NCBI GenBank assembly: GCA_965215275.1
Contig: OZ244044.1
Span: 352,001 to 416,000 of the forward strand
Length of the DNA stretch: 64,000 bases
Direction: 5' to 3'
Source: Thermodesulfobacteriota bacterium
GTDB taxonomy: Bacteria > Desulfobacterota_D > UBA1144 > Nemesobacterales > JAJCZQ01
The translations under genes and the position numbers were made by a program. This document shows positions 41,139 to 51,412 of the stretch, piece after piece; the first letter of the stretch is position 1; each line of letters starts with the position of its first letter. Under the pieces are notes generated by a model that worked only from the letters and a program-made list of their open reading frames with translations, was not told where the DNA came from and ran no database searches.

Positions 41139-43907
41139 TTACAGACTTCTTTCAAAGGACACGTAGTAAAATCCACCGTTGAACCCAAATGGAGCAGATC
41201 GCCTTGAGTACGTGAAAACCCCCGGGGAAGATATGATCACGTTGCCCTCCCGGTCTATTATAGTTCCTCCCCTGGCTTGACCTATCTCATTCTCGTCCGG
41301 TGTTACGTCGAACAGATTGTTGCTGCCTACCTTCAGTACCCCTAACCTCCCCATATCAAAGCTGATCTGAGCATCTGTAATATACTCAGGTCCATACTCC
41401 TGTCTGCCTCCGTCCTCTACGGAATATTCACCGTAACGGGAAACTGCCAGATAGAACGACAATCTGTCTACCTGATAATCGGCCGAGAGAGTAAACTGAC
41501 TATCTGGCTGCCATTCCTCTAATATGGAACGGTCCATAGCCGTATAAAGTGAACCGGGAAGCTCTGCAGGAAGGTTCACCGACGTGATCTTCGTCTCCGA
41601 TATGGTTCCGGCAAGTTTTAGAATAAAACTGCCTCTCGGAATGGATAATCTCCAGGTGGAAACTATGTCCATACCTTTTGTTTTTGTATCCGCTGCGTTC
41701 ATGAAGAACTGAGCACTTGAAACTCCCTCATTGTCAAGAGTATCTATAACGCTATCTGAAAGGTCCGTCCTGGCGTCAGGATCATTAGGGTCAGGTCTTT
41801 TTAACTGCCCGCTCAGGATGATCCTGTCATCCACGGTTATATAGTAAAAATCCGTGGCAATGGAAAAATTAGGGGTGGGTTTAAATACAAAACCACCGCT
41901 CCAGTTTATTGAGGTCTCTTCATCAAGTTCGGGTATCCCTATTGCCTTGGCTATTGCACTGTCGTTCCTGAAAGTTCCGACCTCAAAAGGAGTTTGTGTG
42001 CCCCCTACGTCACGAAACTGAGTGCTTGTATTATTGAAATAAAGCTGCTGCATTGAAGGTGCCCTGAACCCGGTACTGAACGAACCTCTGAAAGTGATCA
42101 GATCGGCAAAGTCCAGTTTGGACGAAACCTTACCGTTCAGGGTGTTCCCGAAATCACTGTACCTCTCGTAGCGAACTGCAGGACTTATTACTAAAGTCTC
42201 AAGAGGCCAGATACTTGCTTCCGTGTAAAAGGAGAAGGCATGTCTTGATTCGTCCACCTCGTTCTCGGGCTTAAAACCAGGAAAGACCTGTATTCCAGCA
42301 GACCCGCCTCCATCTATTATGCCGTCATAATCAGCATACGAGTAAAGCTCTCCAGCTTTGAGCTTATAGTTGTCCCTTTTGTATTCCGCTCCCCATGCCA
42401 GACTTGCAGAGTAAAACATATCCAGTTGAGGAATTACAAAATCCAGATTGACGGTAGTAAGATACAGCTCAAGATCTCCCGCATCCGCGGTGGTCTGAGG
42501 TGAACCGGAAAAATCCACTTCTGAATACGGATCACCGCCACTTTCAAACATAAAATCATCGTTGAGACTGCGATAGACCCAGGAAGCGTTATGGGAGTTT
42601 GCCACCGTGAAGTTAAAGGTGTTCCCTCCGTGCGTTACTCCAAGGTCTGCTTCAAGCCCGCTGTCAAATTCATAAGTTATCCCCGTGCTCAGGGAAAAAT
42701 CCCACACGGTGGTCTCAATGAGCGGAAGGAATCCATCCGGATAGGTTGACCCGGCAGGGTTCCTGTCAAGCTGGTTCGCTCTTCTGTAAAAACCTCCACT
42801 TGTATTCTCCCTTCTTGAAAGAGAACCAAAGGAGTATATTCCCCCGCTGACACCCATGGGCTTTTCAAAATTGAACGCACCGCTTATCTGCTTTGACTCG
42901 GCGTCACCAATGCGGAAGTTCTGACGGTTAAAGTTCCTTTCCTTATCGTCCGGGTCGGTCAGCAGGACAGTGGTACCTCCATCAAATCCCTGACCAAGAA
43001 GTTCCGTGTTCAGAGCACTGTCAAAATCTGTGTCGGCAATACATTCTGCGTATTTTTCGTTGGTAAGTTCGGTAGAATCACATAGAGAAAAACTCTCTGA
43101 GTCCGGATACTGTATCTCTCCTGACAGTCCGGCACGGTTAGTCCTGTCCCTGTAACGAAACTCCGATGCCAGGTGAAGTACTCCGTCTGATCCCACGCTG
43201 AACCCCTTGTTGAACCTGGCTATGAACTGATCCCCGTCCCCTTCGTAGGTCTTTCCGTATGAAGTTGAAACCGCTCCTTCATAATCGCTTTTCAAGATTA
43301 TATTGATAACGCCGGATATGGCATCTGAACCGTAAAGAGCTGACGCGCCGTCCCTCAGCACCTCCACGCGGTCAACTGCGCTTATAGGTATCGAGTTGAT
43401 ATCGTAGCCTGCCGTGCCTCGCCCTACCGACGTGTTCACGTGTATCAAAGCACTGCCGTGACGACGTTTCCCGTTCACAAGGAGGAGTACCTGATCCGGT
43501 CCCATGCCCCTGAGGGTTGCAGGACGAACGGAGTCGGTCCCGTCACTTATCGTGGAACTTGAAAAATTGAATGCCGGTATTGCGACCTGGATGGCCCTGC
43601 CGAGTTCGTTCTGCCCGGTCTTGACCAGTTCCTCGTTCTTTATCGTATCGACCGGCACGGGTGAAGTAGTAATGTCAGTAATGGTCCTGCTGCCGGTTAC
43701 TACCACGGTCTCAAGGTCCTTCAGTGCTTCTCTGGAAGAAGCAGCTGAAGTACTGTATCCTTCATAGCTCTTTTGCATCCGCTCTGAAGGGGTTTCTGAT
43801 GCTTTATCTTTTTCCACGCTGCGTTTTGGCTGACCTGAAAACGCCACTGAAGCAGACATAGTAATAAAAAGTGCAAGACAAGCTAATACCACTAAATAAA
43901 CTCTCAT
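41139..43907 (-). CDS. TonB-dependent receptor
   Basis: Signal peptide, ETVVVTGSR TonB box, plug motifs (LRG.GPDQ.L.LVNGKR, VEVLRDGASALYGSDAI.GVINI) and beta-barrel C-terminus. Confidence 0.92.
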   Translation of the reverse strand: MRVYLVVLACLALFITMSASVAFSGQPKRSVEKDKASETPSERMQKSYEGYSTSAASSREALKDLETVVVTGSRTITDITTSPVPVDTIKNEELVKTGQNELGRAIQVAIPAFNFSSSTISDGTDSVRPATLRGMGPDQVLLLVNGKRRHGSALIHVNTSVGRGTAGYDINSIPISAVDRVEVLRDGASALYGSDAISGVINIILKSDYEGAVSTSYGKTYEGDGDQFIARFNKGFSVGSDGVLHLASEFRYRDRTNRAGLSGEIQYPDSESFSLCDSTELTNEKYAECIADTDFDSALNTELLGQGFDGGTTVLLTDPDDKERNFNRQNFRIGDAESKQISGAFNFEKPMGVSGGIYSFGSLSRRENTSGGFYRRANQLDRNPAGSTYPDGFLPLIETTVWDFSLSTGITYEFDSGLEADLGVTHGGNTFNFTVANSHNASWVYRSLNDDFMFESGGDPYSEVDFSGSPQTTADAGDLELYLTTVNLDFVIPQLDMFYSASLAWGAEYKRDNYKLKAGELYSYADYDGIIDGGGSAGIQVFPGFKPENEVDESRHAFSFYTEASIWPLETLVISPAVRYERYSDFGNTLNGKVSSKLDFADLITFRGSFSTGFRAPSMQQLYFNNTSTQFRDVGGTQTPFEVGTFRNDSAIAKAIGIPELDEETSINWSGGFVFKPTPNFSIATDFYYITVDDRIILSGQLKRPDPNDPDARTDLSDSVIDTLDNEGVSSAQFFMNAADTKTKGMDIVSTWRLSIPRGSFILKLAGTISETKITSVNLPAELPGSLYTAMDRSILEEWQPDSQFTLSADYQVDRLSFYLAVSRYGEYSVEDGGRQEYGPEYITDAQISFDMGRLGVLKVGSNNLFDVTPDENEIGQARGGTIIDREGNVIISSPGVFTYSRRSAPFGFNGGFYYVSFERSL

Positions 43908-44322
43908 AAAATAATCCTCCTTAAAAACCTTTCTTTCTTTTTAACGTCCCTGGTGTACCATCACTTAACCCGAAGACGTCGTGATCAGTATACGTATGAC
44001 CGCAAGGTCCTATAGCCGCCCTGCTCAACTTGTATCCACCATTATCTTTACATTTTTTAGGGAATAATATACTTTAGCAAACGGGATATTCAGAAATTAC
44101 ACATACTCATAATGCTTTTTGTTACATCTCTTGTTGTCTCAGTTATTTTTCCGCAGTAATGGACTTCTCAGTTCAGAGGTCGTTTATCCCGTTTTTTCAA
44201 CTCGTTCAGAATATAAAAACGGGAATTATATACAATAGTGACGAAGTCTCCAATAAATAGTTGACAAACTATAGATTTGTCATTATTACAGGTAAGAAAG
44301 TTAAATAACTGGAGGAAGTTAT

Positions 44323-45264
44323 ATGTCAAAGAAAGCACCTGGGAAATCATACAGGAAAGGGATATCGTTAGTAAAGTTATTCAGGAAATTCCCTGACGAT
44401 GCTGCTGCAGAGGAGTGGTTTGTAAAACGGAGGTGGGGAAAGGAACCCGTATGTCCGTATTGCGGGACAAAAAACGTTCAAACAGGGACTGGTCATAAGA
44501 CGATGCCGTACAGGTGCAGGGAAAAAGGATGTTCGAAATGGTTCAGTGTAAGGAGCAGGACCGTTATGCAGTCTTCTAATATCAAGTATCAGGCTTGGGC
44601 AGTGGCAATATATCTATTTGCCACGTCATTAAAGGGAGTATCAAGTATGAAGCTGCATAGAGATCTGGATATTACGCATAGGTCAGCATGGCATTTATCG
44701 CATCGTATCAGAGAGGCATGGAACAGAGAAGAACTGAAAGTATTTACAGGTTCAGTGGAGGCAGATGAGACGTTCATAGGTGGAAAAGAGAGAAACAAGC
44801 ATAGCGACAAGCGTAGTCATACACGAGGACCTGGAGGGAAGTCCATTGTTGCAGGAATGAAGAACAGAGAGACAAACAGAGTAATAGCACAACCGGTTTC
44901 TGAACGTAGTAAAGAGGAAATACAGGGTTTTATAGTTAAGAACGTAGGTAGTGGAGTAAAAATATATACCGATGATCATAAAAGCTATACAGGGTTGCCT
45001 TATGAGCATGAGAGCGTGAATCATAGTGTAAGGGAGTACGTTAAAGAGCAGGCATATGTAAACGGAGTGGTATCATTCTGGGCAATGTTAAAAAGAGGAT
45101 ATACCGGCACGTACCACAGAATGAGTAAAAAGCATTTAAATCGTTATGTAAATGAGTTTGCGGGGAGGCATAATATAAGAAGACTGGACACGGAAGATCA
45201 GATGGGAACAATAGCAAGGGCAATGTATGGAAAGACCTTGCCTTATAAAGAACTGATAAGGTAA
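44323..45264 (+). CDS. IS1595-family transposase
   Basis: Zn ribbon CPYC..C...C, VEADETFIGG, IYTDD, VNHS..EYV and HL.RYV.EF..R.N.R motifs. Confidence 0.92.
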   Translation: MSKKAPGKSYRKGISLVKLFRKFPDDAAAEEWFVKRRWGKEPVCPYCGTKNVQTGTGHKTMPYRCREKGCSKWFSVRSRTVMQSSNIKYQAWAVAIYLFATSLKGVSSMKLHRDLDITHRSAWHLSHRIREAWNREELKVFTGSVEADETFIGGKERNKHSDKRSHTRGPGGKSIVAGMKNRETNRVIAQPVSERSKEEIQGFIVKNVGSGVKIYTDDHKSYTGLPYEHESVNHSVREYVKEQAYVNGVVSFWAMLKRGYTGTYHRMSKKHLNRYVNEFAGRHNIRRLDTEDQMGTIARAMYGKTLPYKELIR

Positions 45265-45316
45265 TATGAATAATGTTACAGGATAAAAAACAGACCAAAA
45301 AACAAAGAAACTTACA

Positions 45317-45505
45317 ATGACGAACAGGAAAAAAACAATAGAGATCTTACCAGACAGTTATGAACCAACAGAAGAAGAGAAAGAGCATCCGTTTGCTATT
45401 GATACAACTCCGCAAAAGTTAGCAAAAGCTATCCTCCAGCCTGTCAACGTTAAAAAGAAGGATGTAAACAAACATGTTGCTGAACGTTCAAAAAACAAGA
45501 AATAA
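45317..45505 (+). CDS. Small passenger protein within the IS
   Basis: 62-aa ORF ending just inside the right TIR. Confidence 0.55.
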   Translation: MTNRKKTIEILPDSYEPTEEEKEHPFAIDTTPQKLAKAILQPVNVKKKDVNKHVAERSKNKK

Positions 45506-45703
45506 TCCATGCTTCGTCACTATTGTATATAATTCCCATAAAGACAGTTCAACGCACGGTAATACACCCGTTCTTTTCAACGAACTGATATTTGCCGTCA
45601 ATAAGGGTGTATACATCTTTTTCATTGAAAGCATAAACTACGGGCACGACGTCAGGAACCTACAGATATCCAGATGGAAAATTCCGGTTCGTCAGGTGCC
45701 TTG

Positions 45704-47584
45704 GAAAGGACCTCATTGCTATGCATTTATCCGAGATCTTCTTTTCCTTCTGATAACTACTGACACGGGTATAAGCATCAGACATGCCACTGCTCCGAAA
45801 ATATCAGAAGCAGCGCTGCTCTGATCCGAGACGGCACATCCTCCTCCACCTCCGCCATTACCTGACGTTGGTGGTGGAACCGTTACACTGAGCATGAAAC
45901 TCACATCATCTGTATCTCCATTCCTGTCCGTTACCGTATACATGTAAGTTCTTGTTGATGCACTCCTGGGTGTGCCACTTATCCTTCCGGTGGTTTCGTT
46001 CAATCTCAATTCAGGAGGTAAGGGAGGCATTATACTGTATCTTAACGGTGCATTCCCTCCCGTTGCAGCAGGAAGCCTTATTGGACTCCCACTGTACACA
46101 TGAACTTCTATCATATCACTGCCAAATTCCGGTCTGCTGTCCTCTTCCACTGTTATACTGAACGTTAACCCTTCCATTTCATTATCCTCGTCAGCAGCGC
46201 TCCATGTATGATCAGTCTCAGACGTTGCAGCAGTCGGTGTCCCGCTTATAGTTCTGGTGGTTTCGTTAAAATCCAGTCCATCAGGTAAACCAGGCGTTAA
46301 ACTGTAAGTTAAGTTTCCATTCCCTCCCGTTGCCTCAGGCAGCACGAACGGTGTTATCGGAATTCCTGCTATGTATTCCTTATCCTCTATCATCTCACCG
46401 CCGAAACTCGGTATTGTGTTGGGTTCATTTCTTACAGTGATATGGAACATCAAAGTTCGAGCAGGTCCACCTGCACCGGTAGTAGCAGTATACGTATAGG
46501 TCCTCGCATTCTGTGTAGCAGTCGGTGTTCCGCTTATAACCCGGGTAGCAGGATCAAAACTCAATCCAATAGAAGATAAAACAGGAGTTAAACTGTACGT
46601 TACCGTTCCATTATGTCCAGTTGCCTCAGGCAGCGTTTCCATTACTGCCGTCCCGACCGTATACACCTTGCCTTGTATCTCAACGCCTGAAAAGTGTGCT
46701 CTTACGGCAAGATCGAACATCACCTCCACCGCAGTTCCGTTACCGTCTGTAACGGTATACGTATAGGTCTTCAAAGGCGTTGCAGCAGTCGGTGTTCCGC
46801 TTATAACCCGGGTGGTTCTGTCAAAGGTCAATCCGGCAGGTGGGGCAGGGGTCAGACTGTAGGTATACGGAGCAGTACCTCCCGTAGCAGCAGGCAGCGT
46901 TAATGGTGTTACTGGTCTTTCTGCCAGGTACAAAACAGGAGAAGATACCTGCCCGTCAAAGGACAGGGCCGTTATCGTAATAGAGAAGGTGCGAGTACCC
47001 GTGTCCAGATCATCGTCCATTGCCCTATACGTGTAAGTTCGACCAGGAGCAGCTATGGTCTCGGTTGGTGTTCCGCTTATAACCCGGGTGTTTTCATCAA
47101 AGTCCAGTCCGGCTGGTAAACGAACAGGGGTCAGGCTGTAGCTTACCGTTCCATTACCTCCCGTTGCCTCAGGCAGCGTTACCGGAAGGTTTGCCGATGT
47201 CCCTTGAACATATGTCTGATCAGGGATAGTCTCGCTGAAACTCGGCACTGAATTAGCTTCTATCGTATAAGAGAAGGTCAGAGTATCAGAATCACCGTCA
47301 TCAGTATCCGAGTCAGAGTCAGTTACCTTGTAGGTATAGGTTTCAGTCAGAGGCAGCATATTTGGAGCAACGTTCAATGTCCCGCTTATCTGTCGGTTGT
47401 TGCTGGTAAAGGTCAATCCAGCAGGCAAGGCAGGAGTTATACTGTAATTTAAATTTCCATTCCCGCCATCTGCCACAGGCATTCCCAGCCTTATTGGTCT
47501 GCCGTTACCAAACGTCTGATCCCTCACCTGCGTATCGCCGAAGTCCGGAACGTCAGCTGCAGCTCTTATCCTTATCCTGAACTC
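45704..47584. repeat. Arm A of a 1,881-bp inverted repeat (3' part of copy 2)
   Basis: Reverse complement of 54716..56596; only three amino-acid differences seen. Confidence 0.9.
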
Positions 47585-49600
47585 TATATCAGCCACATCA
47601 TTGGTTTCTAAATCTGTAGCTCTAATCGTATACTCAGTCTCCTCCAACGCTTCCATAGGTGTGCCAGTCATTCTCCAACGGGGAATACTGATGCTCAATC
47701 CACGAGGAAGAACAGTAGGAATTACACGGTAACTTCTTCTCCCAGACCCTCCTGTTAGAGGAGGTAAATCTAATGGTGTTATCTGAACTCCTTCTGTATA
47801 AACCTGATTAGGGATCGTTGCACCGCTAAAGGTTAGATCATGATGTTTAGGACCTGTCTCACTGCCAAGGGATGTAAAAATATCCCCCTTCCCGTGCCCG
47901 TAGACCTTAATGCTCCAGGAGTGTAAGGTAAAAGTATTTTCTTCATCTGCTTCATCTCCGGAAGCAGTATCGGATATATCAAGGGTCCATTCTCCGGAAG
48001 GGTCTTCTCCGAGGTGTTTAGCCGACCCGAAACGATGTGTTCTTCTTACATAACTGATCTCAGCGTCTTCTTCCTCACCTGAAAATTCCCGGACAAGTTC
48101 AGAAACTGTACCGGAAGGAGAGGTTATCCGTATATTGAGGTCCTGTAAGCAGTCACACGAGAGAACGAGTTCTACCTCAACGAATTCCGTAAATATTTCC
48201 TCCAGGTCCGAAATCATAAGTGTGGAGACAAGGACCCCGTCCGCTTCTCCTTCTCCATCAGGGATCGTCAGTTCATTATCTGAAGAAGCTGTAACGGTCC
48301 TCATTTCACCAACGCCTTTCCAGCTTCCGGCAAGCTCTGCGGCTGCTTCTGCGTCTACCACGCCAAAACCATACCTGGGACTATAATTATATCTTTCCAC
48401 GTCAGAACCGTATTTAACGGCTCCTGTCTCCCAGCTCGGATCAGAAACGTCGTTCTGCCGTGCTGAACCCGCAAGTATGAGCTTTATATCCCTCCAGCTC
48501 AGCTGTCCGTTTATCTCTCTCAGCAGTGCCGCCACCCCTGCAACCTGTGCTGCTGAAAGGAACGTTCCGGAAGTTACAACGTAATCGTCGTTGTTATCAG
48601 TGGTTACAATATCAGAACCAGGTGCACATACCCATAGATTTACTCCCTCTTCTGAAAAAATACTCTTCTTTCCAAAGCCGTCCGTTGAACAAACGGCCGT
48701 TACTCCGTAATAGCTGGAATATTCAGAAAAATTAGCCTGATCTCCGCTCTCATGCCCGTCCCCTGCTCCCCGGACATAAAATATTCCCCTGCCGTAAAAC
48801 CCTTCCCTTATACCCTCTTCCACTCCCTCTTCCACTCCCTCTTCCCACTCAGCTGAAGCACTCTGAAGAAAAACTCCGTCCTCCCGTCCCCGGTCGCTGA
48901 CGGACACTGCCGTTATTTCATTGTTGCGGACCATTGCGTCCGCTTCCCCGGGATCACCGGATAACCTGTAACTGCATACATTCGCACCGGGTGCAACTCC
49001 CCTTGCTCCCGATCCGTTGTATCCAGTTGCTGCAATTACTCCTGCCGCTCGTGTTCCGGTAAAGGATGAACCGTCAGACAGATCAACGCTTTCTGAACTG
49101 TTTTCTTCAGAACTGTTTTTTCCAGAAAGATCATAGTTCAGTCCGGAACGGACGTTTGCAGAAAGGTCCTCATGTGAAAGGTCCTCATGTGAAAGGTCCT
49201 CATGTGAAAGGTCCTCATGTGAAAGGTCCTCATGTGAAAGGTCCATACCGTCACTTACTATTGCTACATTAATTCCGGAACCGTATACGCCATCGTTCCA
49301 CACTCCCTCTGCGTTTATATCCTCTCCTGCAGTTATTTCCTTTCCTGAATAAATAAACTGCCCAGTGTTCTTCAGATGCCACTGACATCCGTATAACGGA
49401 TCTTCTGTGTCTGCACTGTTACCTCTGCATCCGGAGAACGGGTCCTTTATGCTGCCCTGTCCCCTTGTATCAACGGATATAAAACACAGAAGAAAAAAGA
49501 CAAAGAAAAGTATGAACCGTCTGCCGTTCCGGCGGGAACTGCCCGTTAAACTACGACGTTGATGGGGGGGGGGATAGAACTCATCATGTTTTTCATACAT
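45719..49600 (-). CDS. Copy 2: inactive S8 + P-domain + Ig-like repeat surface protein with polyGly-Cys sorting tail
   Basis: Full 1293-aa ORF. C10 tract (G10 at 49564-49573) before the signal peptide; promoter TTGACA-N17-TAGAAT at 49635..49607. Confidence 0.85.
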   Translation of the reverse strand: MYEKHDEFYPPPHQRRSLTGSSRRNGRRFILFFVFFLLCFISVDTRGQGSIKDPFSGCRGNSADTEDPLYGCQWHLKNTGQFIYSGKEITAGEDINAEGVWNDGVYGSGINVAIVSDGMDLSHEDLSHEDLSHEDLSHEDLSHEDLSANVRSGLNYDLSGKNSSEENSSESVDLSDGSSFTGTRAAGVIAATGYNGSGARGVAPGANVCSYRLSGDPGEADAMVRNNEITAVSVSDRGREDGVFLQSASAEWEEGVEEGVEEGIREGFYGRGIFYVRGAGDGHESGDQANFSEYSSYYGVTAVCSTDGFGKKSIFSEEGVNLWVCAPGSDIVTTDNNDDYVVTSGTFLSAAQVAGVAALLREINGQLSWRDIKLILAGSARQNDVSDPSWETGAVKYGSDVERYNYSPRYGFGVVDAEAAAELAGSWKGVGEMRTVTASSDNELTIPDGEGEADGVLVSTLMISDLEEIFTEFVEVELVLSCDCLQDLNIRITSPSGTVSELVREFSGEEEDAEISYVRRTHRFGSAKHLGEDPSGEWTLDISDTASGDEADEENTFTLHSWSIKVYGHGKGDIFTSLGSETGPKHHDLTFSGATIPNQVYTEGVQITPLDLPPLTGGSGRRSYRVIPTVLPRGLSISIPRWRMTGTPMEALEETEYTIRATDLETNDVADIEFRIRIRAAADVPDFGDTQVRDQTFGNGRPIRLGMPVADGGNGNLNYSITPALPAGLTFTSNNRQISGTLNVAPNMLPLTETYTYKVTDSDSDTDDGDSDTLTFSYTIEANSVPSFSETIPDQTYVQGTSANLPVTLPEATGGNGTVSYSLTPVRLPAGLDFDENTRVISGTPTETIAAPGRTYTYRAMDDDLDTGTRTFSITITALSFDGQVSSPVLYLAERPVTPLTLPAATGGTAPYTYSLTPAPPAGLTFDRTTRVISGTPTAATPLKTYTYTVTDGNGTAVEVMFDLAVRAHFSGVEIQGKVYTVGTAVMETLPEATGHNGTVTYSLTPVLSSIGLSFDPATRVISGTPTATQNARTYTYTATTGAGGPARTLMFHITVRNEPNTIPSFGGEMIEDKEYIAGIPITPFVLPEATGGNGNLTYSLTPGLPDGLDFNETTRTISGTPTAATSETDHTWSAADEDNEMEGLTFSITVEEDSRPEFGSDMIEVHVYSGSPIRLPAATGGNAPLRYSIMPPLPPELRLNETTGRISGTPRSASTRTYMYTVTDRNGDTDDVSFMLSVTVPPPTSGNGGGGGGCAVSDQSSAASDIFGAVACLMLIPVSVVIRRKRRSRINA
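49161..49244. repeat. 15-bp tandem repeat x5.6 encoding (DLSHE)n in copy 2
   Basis: gaaaggtcctcatgt repeated; a single unit in the other three paralogs. Confidence 0.92.
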
Positions 49601-49821
49601 TCTTGTATTCTACTTCCGTTCTGATGTAATGTCAAGTATGAACTTCTTTTTCTTTTCTTTCCTGCAATGATAAAAATATTCAGGATGTACGGATCATTCC
49701 CTTTTTTATCCCGTTCACTGTAATTGACGGTATTCAGTTTCCACTGATAATAATAAAGGGTAAAATACAGCCTGTAAACCGTTCAGGGTAATACCCATTT
49801 TTCAGAGGAGGTTCATAATAA

Positions 49822-50268
49822 ATGAGTTTGAACGTATATCTTGCCGGTGAGGTCCATTCCGAATGGAGGGACAGGGTTATTGAAGGTGCGAAAGGGGAAG
49901 GGCTTAACGTTGTTTTTACCTCTCCCGTTACCGACCACGAAGCAAGTGATATGTGCGGGGTAAATATACTAGGCGACGAGAGCGACCCTTTCTGGCGGGA
50001 CAGGAAAGGAGCAGGTCTGAACGCTATCAGAAGATCTATAATTATCAGGAACGCGGACATTGTCGTGGTACGGTTCGGTCCTAAATACAGACAGTGGAAC
50101 GCTGCTTTTGACGCCGGTTATGCTTCGGCGATCGGTAAATCTATCATATCGCTGCACGAGCAAGAACACGACCACGCTTTAAAGGAGGTCGACGCTGCTT
50201 CGGACGCTACTGCCAGAACTCCCGAACAGGTGGTCGAAATACTGAAGTACGTACTTTCCGGTCCATGA
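49822..50268 (+). CDS. YtoQ family protein (nucleoside deoxyribosyltransferase-like fold)
   Basis: VYLAGEVHSEWR, HEASD.CG and KYRQWNAAFDAGYA motifs. Confidence 0.85.
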   Translation: MSLNVYLAGEVHSEWRDRVIEGAKGEGLNVVFTSPVTDHEASDMCGVNILGDESDPFWRDRKGAGLNAIRRSIIIRNADIVVVRFGPKYRQWNAAFDAGYASAIGKSIISLHEQEHDHALKEVDAASDATARTPEQVVEILKYVLSGP

Positions 50269-50981
50269 GCTATAAGAACGTAAAGGCGGTTTCCTTTGAC
50301 GCGGCAGACACTCTTTTTTATATCAAGGACGGGCTGGAAAATACCTACGCTGAAGTGGCAGGCAGGTACGGGATCAGTCCCTCTCCCGTGGAAATTAAGA
50401 ACTCGTTCTCAAGGCATTTTTCCAAAGCCCCGCCCCTGGATACCAATACCGACGATCAGGAGGAGAGAAAGACCCTTGAGAAGGACTGGTGGTACGACGT
50501 GGTGCACAACGTCTACAAGGACGTCGGGATGTTCGAGAGTTTCGATGAGTATTTCAATGATCTTTTTGAGGTTTTCAGGACCCGGGCCTGGAAGATATTT
50601 CCGGAAACGAAAAAGGTGCTTTCTGAGCTGAAGAACAGGGGATATAAGACCATAATAGTATCGAACTTTGATTCAAGGGTCTATGACGTCTGTCGCAGCC
50701 TTGGGATAATCCAGTACTTCGATGACCTTGTTATATCGAGCGAGACGGGTTACGCCAAACCTGCCGTTGAGATATTTCAAATCACTCTGGAAAGAAAGAA
50801 CCTCAGGCCTGGTCAGTGCGTTCATATCGGTGATGATTTCACGAACGACTATATCTGTCCGACGTCAATCGGAATGAACGCGCTTTTTCTTGACAGGGAA
50901 GACACAAGTAACTACGGCGGAAGGAATAAAATAAGCGACCTTAACAAGGTCATACAAAAACTTGAAGGTAAAGGTGCATGA
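50265..50981 (+). CDS. HAD-IA family hydrolase
   Basis: FDAADTL, VSNFD, KP..EIF and HIGD...D motifs. Confidence 0.88.
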   Translation: MSYKNVKAVSFDAADTLFYIKDGLENTYAEVAGRYGISPSPVEIKNSFSRHFSKAPPLDTNTDDQEERKTLEKDWWYDVVHNVYKDVGMFESFDEYFNDLFEVFRTRAWKIFPETKKVLSELKNRGYKTIIVSNFDSRVYDVCRSLGIIQYFDDLVISSETGYAKPAVEIFQITLERKNLRPGQCVHIGDDFTNDYICPTSIGMNALFLDREDTSNYGGRNKISDLNKVIQKLEGKGA

Positions 50982-51088
50982 ACGGGCCCGTGGACGACCC
51001 GACCGCTTTAAAAGAGTTCCGGTATGATCTTTGTTGTTTCAGATGTACAGTACTGATAAGTACGGGAGAAAGGGCAGTTGACCGGTCG

Positions 51089-51412
51089 TTACAGCTTGTC
51101 AATGTCCATCAAAGCATCTTCAAATTCATCTGCCATTCCCGGATGACCATGTCTTTTTGCCGCGTGGATCCCTTTCTTATATGCTTCCTTTGCCAGCTCC
51201 GTTTTTCCGGTCTCCATATAGGATTCTGCCAAAAGCCTGTATCCTGCTCCTTCGTCGCTGTATGAACTTAGATAATATAAAAGCTGTTTTATGGCATTTT
51301 CATAATCGCTGAACTTGAAGTATTCGTTTGCAATTGAATACCTTATCAGGGAATTCCCGGGATTTTTTTCCAGCATCCTTTTAAACTGTTCAAGCCTGTT
51401 TTGCTTATTCAT
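51089..51412 (-). CDS. Small TPR protein
   Basis: R.EQF..ML..NP...L.RY..A.EY and AY.KGI.AA..HG motifs. Confidence 0.8.
   Translation of the reverse strand: MNKQNRLEQFKRMLEKNPGNSLIRYSIANEYFKFSDYENAIKQLLYYLSSYSDEGAGYRLLAESYMETGKTELAKEAYKKGIHAAKRHGHPGMADEFEDALMDIDKL

Larger units (their letters stand above)
44221..45537 (+). mobile_element. IS1595-family insertion sequence with a small passenger ORF
   Basis: Perfect 26-bp TIRs gggaattatatacaatagtgacgaag (44221-44246 / 45512-45537). Flanking 8-mers ataaaaac / ataaagac (7/8, probable TSD). Confidence 0.92.

Noticed and set aside
43908..44220. Cobalamin/TPP riboswitch upstream of the TonB receptor
   Set aside because: No recognisable conserved riboswitch motifs by eye.
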